A stretch of 36,758 nt of DNA from the NCBI GenBank assembly GCA_041489255.1, contig JBGPQV010000025.1, forward strand, positions 1 to 36,758. Direction: 5' to 3'. Below, in pieces: positions 18,548 through 26,732 of the stretch. The translations under genes and the position numbers were made by a program. Numbering within the stretch: the first letter of the stretch is position 1; the number at the start of each line of letters is the position of its first letter. The stretch comes from Thermoplasmata archaeon (GTDB lineage Archaea > Thermoplasmatota > Thermoplasmata > RBG-16-68-12 > JAFNFQ01). The notes below the pieces were generated by a model. It did no database searches. It was given only the letters and a program-made list of their open reading frames with translations, and had not been told where the DNA came from.

Positions 18548-19026
18548 CCGCCCACACTCCTTGCGACAAACGTGTCCCTGAAATATTCCCCGACCGGCTT
18601 TCGCACGAGCTGATCGCTGCCTTCCCTCTTGACCGCCATTTCGTCGCCATCCTGCCCCGATTCGATTCTCACTGTCGAGTTGTAGACATATTCTTGCCCG
18701 CCTTGGTCGAACAGGGTTATGTTGAGGATGAATTCCCTTGTGTCGTTCTTGAGGACGGTCGCCTGAATCCCGTACGTTTCATTGGCGTGGACGGGCGGCG
18801 GGTGATATCCGGGATCGTCCATGCCCGTCACTCGGATGCTTATATTGTGGTATCTAAAGTCCTCCAAGGCGGCCCGCACATCCACTAGCACGGAATATTC
18901 CATGTGGTCGATCAGCACTCGGGGGAAGGAGCCAATCGGGGCCTGCTGACTGATGAATGTCGGGGTCATGATGATAAGGAAAATCAGGACGATGACCGTC
19001 GATACCATGAAGACCTTCTTGATCAT
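18544..19026 (-). CDS. N-terminally anchored exported beta-rich protein, hypothetical
   Basis: N-terminal KK plus hydrophobic helix; sequons NIS, NET, NIT, NST. Confidence 0.7.
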   Translation of the reverse strand: MIKKVFMVSTVIVLIFLIIMTPTFISQQAPIGSFPRVLIDHMEYSVLVDVRAALEDFRYHNISIRVTGMDDPGYHPPPVHANETYGIQATVLKNDTREFILNITLFDQGGQEYVYNSTVRIESGQDGDEMAVKREGSDQLVRKPVGEYFRDTFVARSVGG

Positions 19027-19077
19027 CGCGCGCTAATCGGTCCGTGTGTAGATAAAGATAGCTTCCCCTCCGGGCAT

Positions 19078-19108
19078 AAAAAAAGAGGGGTGACCTCTCG
19101 GCCACCCT
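19078..19108 (-). terminator. Hairpin plus U-tract terminator downstream of the RHH gene
   Basis: Minus strand GGGTGGCC-GAGA-GGTCACCC followed by CTCTTTTTTT. Confidence 0.7.
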
Positions 19109-19194
19109 GTTGGGGGGAGGTAAGCGTCAGCTTCCCTTCGAGGCCGCCAGCATGCACGCTCTCTGCTCACGACCCAATATTAGAGTGCTCCCAT

Positions 19195-19452
19195 CTACTT
19201 CTTCAGATAGCTTTCCTTGAACTCTTCCGCGTCCGCAATCGCCTTCTCCGCGTCCTGAATTTGCTTCATTTTTTCTTTCACAAGTTCCACGCGAGCGTAG
19301 ACGAAGTCGCGTATCGCAGTGCGGATTGCCTGTGACCTGCTCGGCATGTCGTCGACCTCGACGAGAAAGTCGAGGGCCCTGAGAAACTTCTTCGGCAGTC
19401 TGATCGTGACTTTTTCCGCGTCGTCCAACACAGACCCACCTGCACCCATCAT
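19195..19452 (-). CDS. Ribbon-helix-helix (CopG/CdrS-like) transcription factor
   Basis: EKVTIRLPKKFLRALDFLVEVDDMPSRSQAIRTAIRDFV. Confidence 0.88.
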   Translation of the reverse strand: MMGAGGSVLDDAEKVTIRLPKKFLRALDFLVEVDDMPSRSQAIRTAIRDFVYARVELVKEKMKQIQDAEKAIADAEEFKESYLKK

Positions 19453-19453
19453 T

Positions 19454-19488
19454 ATGGCAATTTGCCATCCTTTGTCTTACGCTTGTCT
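19454..19488. promoter_or_regulatory. Palindrome plus phased direct repeats between the RHH gene TATA box and start codon (putative operator)
   Basis: ATGGCAA-T-TTGCCAT (19454-19468); TTGTCT at 19472 and 19483 (11-bp spacing); TATATA box near 19495-19500. Confidence 0.5.
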
Positions 19489-19662
19489 GGCAGATATATA
19501 AGCCAGTATAAGAATCTTCGCTGACACGGTGTTCCACTGGAGGAGTGCTCCGAGACCTCGTGCGTGCTGCGCGAACCCTGCGGTCAATTGCCAGCATTTC
19601 GCGACAACAAGGTAAGTTCGATGCGTTTAAGGGGAGTGCTGTTTTCCCTTGCATCGATCACT

Positions 19663-20796
19663 ATGGACCTAGAAGACAATATATTCATGCTGGCAGGGCC
19701 GGTGAAGATGCACCCCCGCGTCTTGAAGGCCATGTCTTCTCCTGCGATCAACCACAGGAGCGCCGAGTTCAAGGCGATAAACGCCGAGTTGAGAGAGAAC
19801 CTGAAGTATCTGTTCCAGACGGCGACAGGGCAGGTCGCCCTGATCTCCGGTTCAGGGACGGCTGGATTGGAGAGCGTGGTGTCAAGCTTGCTGCACAAGA
19901 AAGACAGGGTTTTGAACCTCGTGAACGGAAAGTTCAGCGAGAGGTTCAACGACCTGTGCAAGGTCTTCGCCGAACCCACGCCGATGAATTTCGAATGGGG
20001 CAAGGCCGTGTATCCGGAGAAGGTCGCCGCAGAGCTCGAGAAGGGCGACTACAGGGCCGTCACCCTCTGTCACAACGAGACCTCCACAGGGGTGACGAAT
20101 CCGGCCAAGGAGATCGCCGCACTCGCAAAGAAGCATGATTGCCTCTTCATCCTGGATGGAATCACCTCGGTGGCGGGAATTGAGGTCAAGCCGGACGAAT
20201 GGGGGGCCGATGCGGTCGTGATGGGGAGCCAGAAGTGCATCGCCGCTCCTGCCGGCCTGGCGGGCGTCATGGTTTCGCCGAGGGCTTACGAGGAGCTGCA
20301 CGAGGAGCAGAGCTGCTATCTCAGCCTGAGGGCACACATCGACGCGCTCCGGGACGAGGACGACACACCGTGGACACCGGCCATACCTCTCTTCCTCGCG
20401 TTCAGGGAGGCGTTGCGCATCCTGAAGGAGGAGACAATCGAGGGGAGGATCGCGCGGACCGCCAAGCTCGCGAAAGCGTCGAGGGCGGCAGTCGAGGCGA
20501 TGGGACTCCAGCTGTTTCCGGATAAGCAGTGTGCATCGAACACGCTCACGGCAATCCGTTATCCGGCAGGATTCGACGACGGCAAGTTCCGGAAGGAACT
20601 CCGCGAATCCCATCGTGTCGTCGTGGCGGGAGGCCAGGGCAGCGTCAAAGGGAAGATCTTCCGCATAGGCCACATGGGCATCTGCCCGATCAGCGACCTG
20701 CTCGCCGCGTACGCTGCGGTCGAGGCCGCGATGATCAAATTCGGCCACAAGTTCGAGCGCGGTGCGGCGGTAAGAGCGATTGCGGAAAGCTACTGA
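19663..20796 (+). CDS. Class V PLP aminotransferase (alanine-glyoxylate/serine-pyruvate family)
   Basis: MLAGPV, HRSAEF, GSGTAGLE, HNETSTG, LDGITS, GSQKC (PLP Lys), FRIGHMG. Confidence 0.93.
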   Translation: MDLEDNIFMLAGPVKMHPRVLKAMSSPAINHRSAEFKAINAELRENLKYLFQTATGQVALISGSGTAGLESVVSSLLHKKDRVLNLVNGKFSERFNDLCKVFAEPTPMNFEWGKAVYPEKVAAELEKGDYRAVTLCHNETSTGVTNPAKEIAALAKKHDCLFILDGITSVAGIEVKPDEWGADAVVMGSQKCIAAPAGLAGVMVSPRAYEELHEEQSCYLSLRAHIDALRDEDDTPWTPAIPLFLAFREALRILKEETIEGRIARTAKLAKASRAAVEAMGLQLFPDKQCASNTLTAIRYPAGFDDGKFRKELRESHRVVVAGGQGSVKGKIFRIGHMGICPISDLLAAYAAVEAAMIKFGHKFERGAAVRAIAESY

Positions 20797-21785
20797 GCGC
20801 CCGCCCTTATCCAAGTGACGTCGACCTGATCAGTCCTGAAGCGCTGATTGACTACGCTGTCTCTAATATCTAGGTGTGACCCAGAGCGGTGCATCAATAG
20901 GCCCGTCCAGGCGATCATCGCCCCGTTATCCACGCAGAGCGCCGCCTCCGGCACGAAAATCCTCGCTCCCCTGTCGGCGGCCATCATCTCAACCATGGAC
21001 TTGAGCCTCCTGTTGCATGCGACCCCGCCGCCTAGGAGTATCTCGTCTCTGTCGAGGTGAGCCATCGCCCTCTCGGATACTTCAGTCAGCATCGCGAAGG
21101 CTGTCTCCTGGATGGAATTGCACAAGTCCTGCAGGCTCTTCCCATCCTTATGCAGTTCCAGCGCTGCCGTCAGCATTCCTGAGAAAGCGACGTCCATGCC
21201 CTTCACCGAATAGGGCAGCGCGACGAGATTGCTGCTCTCCCCCGCCAACCTCTCCACAAGTGGCCCGCCAGGGAACCCGAGGCCCACCCCTCTCGCGAAC
21301 TTGTCTAGCAGATTCCCCACGCCTATATCCAGAGTCTCGCCGAACACGCGATACCGCCCCTCCGCGAAGGCTATCACCTGCGTGTTGCCACCGGAGACAT
21401 AGAGCAGCACCGGGTTCCTGCAACCCGTTTTCACCAGTCCGATTTCAAGGTGCGCGACACAATGATTGACGCCCACCAAGGGCTTATCAACCGCCAGGGC
21501 CAGAGCCCTCGCCGCAGTCGCCCCTGTCCTCAAGCACGGGCCCAAACCGGGCCCCATGGAGAACGCGACAGCGTCGAGATCGCGCGGGTCGGTTCCAGCC
21601 TTCAGGAAGGCGGATCGGATCAGCGGGACAATGTTTTCCGCGTGGTGGTTCGCGGCCTCCCTCGGATGGATGCCCCCCTTGATCGGCGAGAATGTGCTGG
21701 ATTCATTGGCGAGCACTCTGCACTTCTCGTCGACTATGCCGACACCGACGGTGTGCGCGGTGCTCTCGATTCCCAGGCAGAGCAT
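20790..21785 (-). CDS. kae1: tRNA N6-adenosine threonylcarbamoyltransferase Kae1 (KEOPS), stand-alone
   Basis: LGIESTAHT, GGIHPREAANHH, GPGLGPCL, VNHCVAHLE, LYVSGGNT, GETLDIGVGN, GGVACN, DNGAMIA. Confidence 0.97.
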   Translation of the reverse strand: MLCLGIESTAHTVGVGIVDEKCRVLANESSTFSPIKGGIHPREAANHHAENIVPLIRSAFLKAGTDPRDLDAVAFSMGPGLGPCLRTGATAARALALAVDKPLVGVNHCVAHLEIGLVKTGCRNPVLLYVSGGNTQVIAFAEGRYRVFGETLDIGVGNLLDKFARGVGLGFPGGPLVERLAGESSNLVALPYSVKGMDVAFSGMLTAALELHKDGKSLQDLCNSIQETAFAMLTEVSERAMAHLDRDEILLGGGVACNRRLKSMVEMMAADRGARIFVPEAALCVDNGAMIAWTGLLMHRSGSHLDIRDSVVNQRFRTDQVDVTWIRAGAQ

Positions 21786-21884
21786 CGACACTCCAATCGC
21801 TCCCATGATAAAATCGCTTGCCCACCCTCGGAACCCGCAAAGGTTTTTCTCGGTGCTGATATTCCACATGCGAAGGCGAGAAGA

Positions 21885-23459
21885 ATGGTTTTTCTGAACG
21901 AGAGGACATACCTCAGCGCGGTCGAGGGCGGAAAGGTAGACGAGTTCCATGTACTCTACGAGGCTGCGGTCGAGAAGGTCAAGGGCGAGTTCGGCCAAGA
22001 GCATCCGATCTGGATCGACGGGGAAGAAGTCCGCTCGAAAGGCGGCACGTTCGAAGACAGGAGCCCGAATGACCAGCGCATTCTCCTCGGTCTCTTCCAG
22101 AAAGGCACGAGGGCGGACGCGGAGAAAGCTGTCGAATCCGCAAAGCGGGCGTTCCCCGCATGGGCAGGGACGGACTACAAGGAGAGAGCGAGGATTTTCC
22201 TCAGGGCCGCCGACCTTATTTCCGGGAGGAAGTATTACGTCGCGGCCCTGATGAGCTTCGAGAACGGCAAGAACCGCACCGAGGCGATCGCCGAAGTCGA
22301 CGAAGCGGTTGACCTCGTAAGGTGGTACGCCGGCGAGCTGATAGCGAACAACGGGTTCGAGAAGGAGATGGGACGCTACGTCGCGAACGAGAGGACGAAG
22401 AGCGTCCTCAAGCCGTTCGGGGTCTGGGCGGTGATCGCCCCTTTCAACTTCCCCTTCGCGATAACCGCCGGCATGACGGCGGGGGCCGTGCTCGCGGGCA
22501 ACACGGCGGTCCTCAAGCCCGCCAGCGACACACCGTACATGGCGCTGGTGCTCTATGATGCGCTGATGGAAGCCGGACTGCCCCCGGGAGTCTTGAACTT
22601 CGTGACAGGGCCAGGCTCAACGGTCGGTCAGGAGCTGGTCGACAATCCCTGCGTCGACGGATTCGTCTTCACCGGGTCGAGGGAGGTAGGACTGTCGGCG
22701 TTCAAGACATTCACCGCCAAGTTCCCCAAGCCAATCATCACAGAGATGGGCGGGAAGAACGCGACCATTGTCACCGCCAAGGCCGACCTAGACAAAGCCG
22801 CCGAAGGCGTCGCAAGAGCTGCGTTCGGCTATGGCGGGCAGAAGTGCAGCGCCTGTTCACGCGTCCTGGTGCAGAAGAGCGTCAAGGATGAGTTCGTCAA
22901 GAAGCTCGTTGCCTACACCAGGAACCTGGGAGTCGGCGACCCGGTGCTGCGGGATACATTCATGGGACCGGTCATCAACGAGGCTGCTTACGAGAAGTAC
23001 CAGAAGGTCGCCACGGCGGCGAGGAAGGACGGAAAGGTCTTGGTGGGCGGGAACGCGCGGAAGGAAGGCGACCTGAAGCACGGCTTCTACGTCGAGCCGA
23101 TGATCGTGGACGGGCTGCCGCTGGATCACAGGTTCCTCAAGGAGGAGCTGTTCATCCCTGTCCTCGCAATCGCCACTTTCAACTCGTTCGACGAGGCGAT
23201 GGAGATATCGAACTCGACGGACTACGGGCTCACAGGTGGCATCTTCTCCAACGACCAGCATGAGATTAACGAGTTCTTCCGTCGCGCCGAGACCGGCACT
23301 GTGTACGCCAACAGGACCATGGGCGCGACCACCGGCGCGATCGTCGGGGCCCAGCCGTTCGTCGGCTGGAAGATGAGCGGGATCTCCGGAAAAGGCGCGG
23401 GAGGCCATTATTACCTCCAACAGTTCATGAGGGAGCAGACCCAGACGACCTACATCTGA
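21885..23459 (+). CDS. Aldehyde dehydrogenase, 1-pyrroline-5-carboxylate/glutamate-semialdehyde dehydrogenase type
   Basis: IAPFNFP, KPAS, FTGS, EMGGKN, GQKCSACSR, EELF, YGLTGG, QPFVGWKMSG. Confidence 0.9.
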   Translation: MVFLNERTYLSAVEGGKVDEFHVLYEAAVEKVKGEFGQEHPIWIDGEEVRSKGGTFEDRSPNDQRILLGLFQKGTRADAEKAVESAKRAFPAWAGTDYKERARIFLRAADLISGRKYYVAALMSFENGKNRTEAIAEVDEAVDLVRWYAGELIANNGFEKEMGRYVANERTKSVLKPFGVWAVIAPFNFPFAITAGMTAGAVLAGNTAVLKPASDTPYMALVLYDALMEAGLPPGVLNFVTGPGSTVGQELVDNPCVDGFVFTGSREVGLSAFKTFTAKFPKPIITEMGGKNATIVTAKADLDKAAEGVARAAFGYGGQKCSACSRVLVQKSVKDEFVKKLVAYTRNLGVGDPVLRDTFMGPVINEAAYEKYQKVATAARKDGKVLVGGNARKEGDLKHGFYVEPMIVDGLPLDHRFLKEELFIPVLAIATFNSFDEAMEISNSTDYGLTGGIFSNDQHEINEFFRRAETGTVYANRTMGATTGAIVGAQPFVGWKMSGISGKGAGGHYYLQQFMREQTQTTYI

Positions 23460-23500
23460 AAGGCAAACCCTTATTTCGAGTCCTTCGGTTGTCACTGCAG

Positions 23501-24502
23501 ATGCGCTCTGTCCCTGTCTCGAAGTACCTGAAGACAGCAAGATGCGCGTTCGAGAACATGCTGGCGGGGGAGGCGATCTATCCTTTCTACTGCTCGTTCA
23601 AGGTCACCAGGCGCTGCAACTTCAACTGCTCCTTCTGCAATTGCTGGCACGTGAAGACGAGATGGAAGGACATCCCGACAGACGATGTCATGAGGATCCT
23701 GGACAACGTCGCGAGGAGCAGCATCATCGTATGCAGCCTCGAGGGCGGCGACCCCCTGCTCAGGGATGACATCGAGCAGATCCTGCGCTACCAGGCCACG
23801 CTGCCATTCTACCTCCTGTTCACGACGAGCGAGAGACGCCTCGGCGACAGGTATCCTATGGAGGAATACGGGAAGTACATCGATTTCCTGCACATCAGCA
23901 TAGACGAGGGCCATGAGAATCTGGACATGTACGACGACCTCGAGGATTTCACGCGATGGGGTCCGATCGTGTGCGTGCAGATCGTCGTGACGAAGGACAC
24001 GGTGGACGACCTCGAGTGGAAAATCAAGAGGTGCAAGGAGGCGAACGTCAAGGCGGTGGTCATGGCGGCCGTGCATCTGTCCAACACGCGGGACCACTTC
24101 CCGGATGTCCAGATACTCGCCCGCAAGGGCCTCGAGCTCCGAGAGAAGTACCCCGGCGTCATCATCTCGCCCAAGAGCTACTTCAAGAGCATTACCAAGG
24201 CCCATGGCTGCGACACGACCTCAATCATCGTCGATGCGGACGGGGGCCTGTTCTACCCCTGCCGCACTCTCGAAGAGAAAACGATCAATATGGCACGTTC
24301 GGACCTTATGGAGTACCTCGTGTCCCCTGCAGCTGTAGAGCGCAGGAGGAAGATGGCCGAGTGCGACCTCAGGTGCGCTTGGTTTCAGTACTTCGCGACG
24401 AAGAGCTTTGTCGAGCCGACGGAGATCGTGTCCGCAATCACGCCATACATCCAAAACCTGGTGAATGGCGGACGTCAGGCGACGGCATCTCGACCGCACT
24501 GA
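23501..24502 (+). CDS. Radical SAM protein with C-terminal Cys-containing (SPASM/twitch-like) extension
   Basis: CNFNCSFC, EGGDPLLR, ISID, GC...IVDADG...PC...CDLRC. Confidence 0.88.
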   Translation: MRSVPVSKYLKTARCAFENMLAGEAIYPFYCSFKVTRRCNFNCSFCNCWHVKTRWKDIPTDDVMRILDNVARSSIIVCSLEGGDPLLRDDIEQILRYQATLPFYLLFTTSERRLGDRYPMEEYGKYIDFLHISIDEGHENLDMYDDLEDFTRWGPIVCVQIVVTKDTVDDLEWKIKRCKEANVKAVVMAAVHLSNTRDHFPDVQILARKGLELREKYPGVIISPKSYFKSITKAHGCDTTSIIVDADGGLFYPCRTLEEKTINMARSDLMEYLVSPAAVERRRKMAECDLRCAWFQYFATKSFVEPTEIVSAITPYIQNLVNGGRQATASRPH

Positions 24503-24529
24503 GAATGCCCAGTCTCTTCGCTGCGGGAA

Positions 24530-24703
24530 TCATCCGCCGACTATGAGCCTCTTGAAGTGACTGGGGAAGTAGACAGCAGCCCCCATCGAATTGCATATTC
24601 CGCTGACAAAGTACATGCAGGAGTGGCAACACTCCCCCGTGTCGGCGCATGTCGTCGAACCCATGCACGACTGCTCGCACTTCTTCATCGGACGTGAGAG
24701 CAT
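24530..24703 (-). CDS. 57-aa Cys-rich microprotein (not in ORF track)
   Basis: Manual translation: MLSRPMKKCEQSCMGSTTCADTGECCHSCMYFVSGICNSMGAAVYFPSHFKRLIVGG*; 7 Cys; TAATTA about 25 nt upstream; fills an otherwise empty gap. Confidence 0.65.
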   Translation of the reverse strand: MLSRPMKKCEQSCMGSTTCADTGECCHSCMYFVSGICNSMGAAVYFPSHFKRLIVGG

Positions 24704-24838
24704 TCTTGGACGCCATAGACTTCGGCTAATTACTCCCCTTATCGATACCTACAGCGTCACTCCTCCGGGGGTCCGCTCCCTCTCTCCATGACCGAAACAA
24801 TTAACAGCTAAAATCGCAATTGCTTGTCAACGCCATAG

Positions 24839-26458
24839 ATGCCATTGAAGGGAGGTAATGATTTGTCGTCACCAGCCGAATCTGCCAAGCGTGCCGTGCT
24901 CCCGTTCGCTCTGATCAGCAGCGGGACCGCCACGGAGGAGTTCCCAATCGAGATGACCTACGCGACCATCCTCGCCGATGTGGAGAAGCACAGGGCAAAG
25001 GCGGGACTCATACGAAAGCAGGAGGAAATCATGAGCTTCGTCAGCACGATCCACTGGCCCATCATCACCGTGCCGTGGCGGGAGGGCAGGCACCTCGTCT
25101 TCGACGGAATGGCGGTCTGGTCGTATGTGTTCGAGGACCGCCGCGTGGCCAGCACCGAGGCCTTCGTGAAAGCCCTCGGCGCCTGCAAGAATTTCAGGGA
25201 TTTCATCGCTCTCGAGGCTTCACACGCGGGTTACTTCAGGGATTTCGCGGTGGTGGAGAGGCTTCCCGTCATGGGCCTGTTCATTCACGAGGAGTTCATG
25301 AAGGACCTGCTGGAGCACATCAACCTCGCGCAGCCCCGCGAAGGAGCCCACACCTCTTTCCTTGAGCCACGACTGCCCGGCAGCGAAGCGGCCAATGCCG
25401 TCAAGAAGATCGCGGACATGATATTGTTCGGCAGGAAGATGCTCGCCGATCTCGAACAGGCGAAGGAGAGCCTCAAGATCGCGGTGGACAGGTTCAGGAA
25501 GGAAATTGACGGCGTGATCGATGAGACCAAGAGGAAGTACAACGCGAAGATCGACGCGATAAAGCCTGAAGTCACCGCGAAGGTCGCCGACCTAGAGAAG
25601 AGGCGGGATGAGGCGTGGTCGTCAATGCAGCCCCGCCTCGTCAGTCTCCAAGGAGAAGTCAGGCGGCTGGAGTCAGAGGAGAATCACTGGCACGCCGAGA
25701 GCAAGCGCAAGGACGCCGCGCCGGACGTGACCGCGAAGGCGAAGGAGCGGTTCCATGCCACGCGCAGGGATGTTCAGAAGGCGAAGGATGATGCCGAGAA
25801 ATATCAGGAGGAGATGGCCCGCACAAGGGGCGACTACGACAAGCAGATACAATCGCAATGGGAGCGAATCAGGTCGCTGGAGAGAGAGCGGGACGCGCAG
25901 GTCAACGCCCTGATAAACGACCAAGCGAACATGACTCAGAAAGCCAGCCAGATGCACCACAACATGCAGGATCTCAAGAACAGGAAGGAAGAGGAAATCG
26001 CCTCCGTCGAGGCTCAGGGAGTCCCGATCCCGCCACATCTTTCCTCCGAGATCGTCTACATGCCCCTGATGGTGTGTTTGCTGCAGGGGGACAAGGGTGT
26101 CAGATACCTGGTGTATCCACCGATGATCGCGAAATCGGGCAAGGGGGTGCTCGGCGGCATCCAGTCCATGTTCGGGGGACTCGTCCTCCCGCTCGAACCC
26201 AAGACGAAGGAATTTGACGAGACCTTCCGGGCCGGCATCGAGAAGGCCCTCGCGGAGGATCGCAGCTTGGCGACCTACATCGGCAGCGTGAGCATGTCGT
26301 CGAACATACTCCACATGAGGGACCTGCCGGAAATGCTCGCGAAGGGCCTCGCGGAGATGAAGAACCAGGGCTGGATCAAGGACAAGCACGAGAAGGAACT
26401 GCTGGCGTCGTTGCAGAAGCATATCGCCTTGGCATCCTCGACTGCACCGCGTAAGTGA
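24839..26458 (+). CDS. Long coiled-coil hypothetical protein with globular N- and C-termini
   Basis: Heptad-rich K/E/Q central ~200 aa; no Walker motifs. GGAGGT SD suggests TTG 24863 as an alternative start. Confidence 0.85.
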   Translation: MPLKGGNDLSSPAESAKRAVLPFALISSGTATEEFPIEMTYATILADVEKHRAKAGLIRKQEEIMSFVSTIHWPIITVPWREGRHLVFDGMAVWSYVFEDRRVASTEAFVKALGACKNFRDFIALEASHAGYFRDFAVVERLPVMGLFIHEEFMKDLLEHINLAQPREGAHTSFLEPRLPGSEAANAVKKIADMILFGRKMLADLEQAKESLKIAVDRFRKEIDGVIDETKRKYNAKIDAIKPEVTAKVADLEKRRDEAWSSMQPRLVSLQGEVRRLESEENHWHAESKRKDAAPDVTAKAKERFHATRRDVQKAKDDAEKYQEEMARTRGDYDKQIQSQWERIRSLERERDAQVNALINDQANMTQKASQMHHNMQDLKNRKEEEIASVEAQGVPIPPHLSSEIVYMPLMVCLLQGDKGVRYLVYPPMIAKSGKGVLGGIQSMFGGLVLPLEPKTKEFDETFRAGIEKALAEDRSLATYIGSVSMSSNILHMRDLPEMLAKGLAEMKNQGWIKDKHEKELLASLQKHIALASSTAPRK

Positions 26459-26467
26459 TCCCGCGCC

Positions 26468-26587
26468 TCAGCTCTGCTGAGTCCTCTTATGGACTGGACA
26501 ACTTCGACCTGCCCTGCAGAAACGGCATTTCTCCTGCGGCATGAGCGGAAGCGGCTTGATCATCCGCCCGTATTTCCTGCGCGGCAT
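26468..26587 (-). CDS. 39-aa basic CxxC-x5-CxxH zinc-knuckle microprotein
   Basis: MPRRKYGRMIKPLPLMPQEKCRFCRAGRSCPVHKRTQQS*, the C-terminal part of the 26468-26869 ORF, started at ATG 26587. Confidence 0.5.
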   Translation of the reverse strand: MPRRKYGRMIKPLPLMPQEKCRFCRAGRSCPVHKRTQQS

Positions 26588-26732
26588 GCCGGCTTGGGTG
26601 AACCGGCCCGAGCATAAGGCAGTTGCCACGACCCACGATGACCTGAGGAATGAGTGGGCTCGGCCAAAGTAACTAGAGCCATGTACTTGAGCCTTCGGGA
26701 GTCTTGATAAGGAGGGCGCCAGGAAATGCAGG

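Noticed and set aside
17184-19200. CRISPR-Cas locus around cas4
   Set aside because: No repeat-spacer array and no cas1, cas2 or effector genes anywhere in the window.
21450-21884. N-terminal extensions in the ORF track (ALDH from 21450, kae1 from 22004; likewise fbp from 12138, aminotransferase from 19564, CARDB from 4978, translin from 90)
   Set aside because: They overlap neighbouring genes or promoters; family homology starts at downstream ATGs.
24438-24716. 92-aa minus-strand ORF in the track
   Set aside because: It overlaps the radical SAM gene; the alternative frame (24530-24703) fits the gap and has a coherent Cys pattern.
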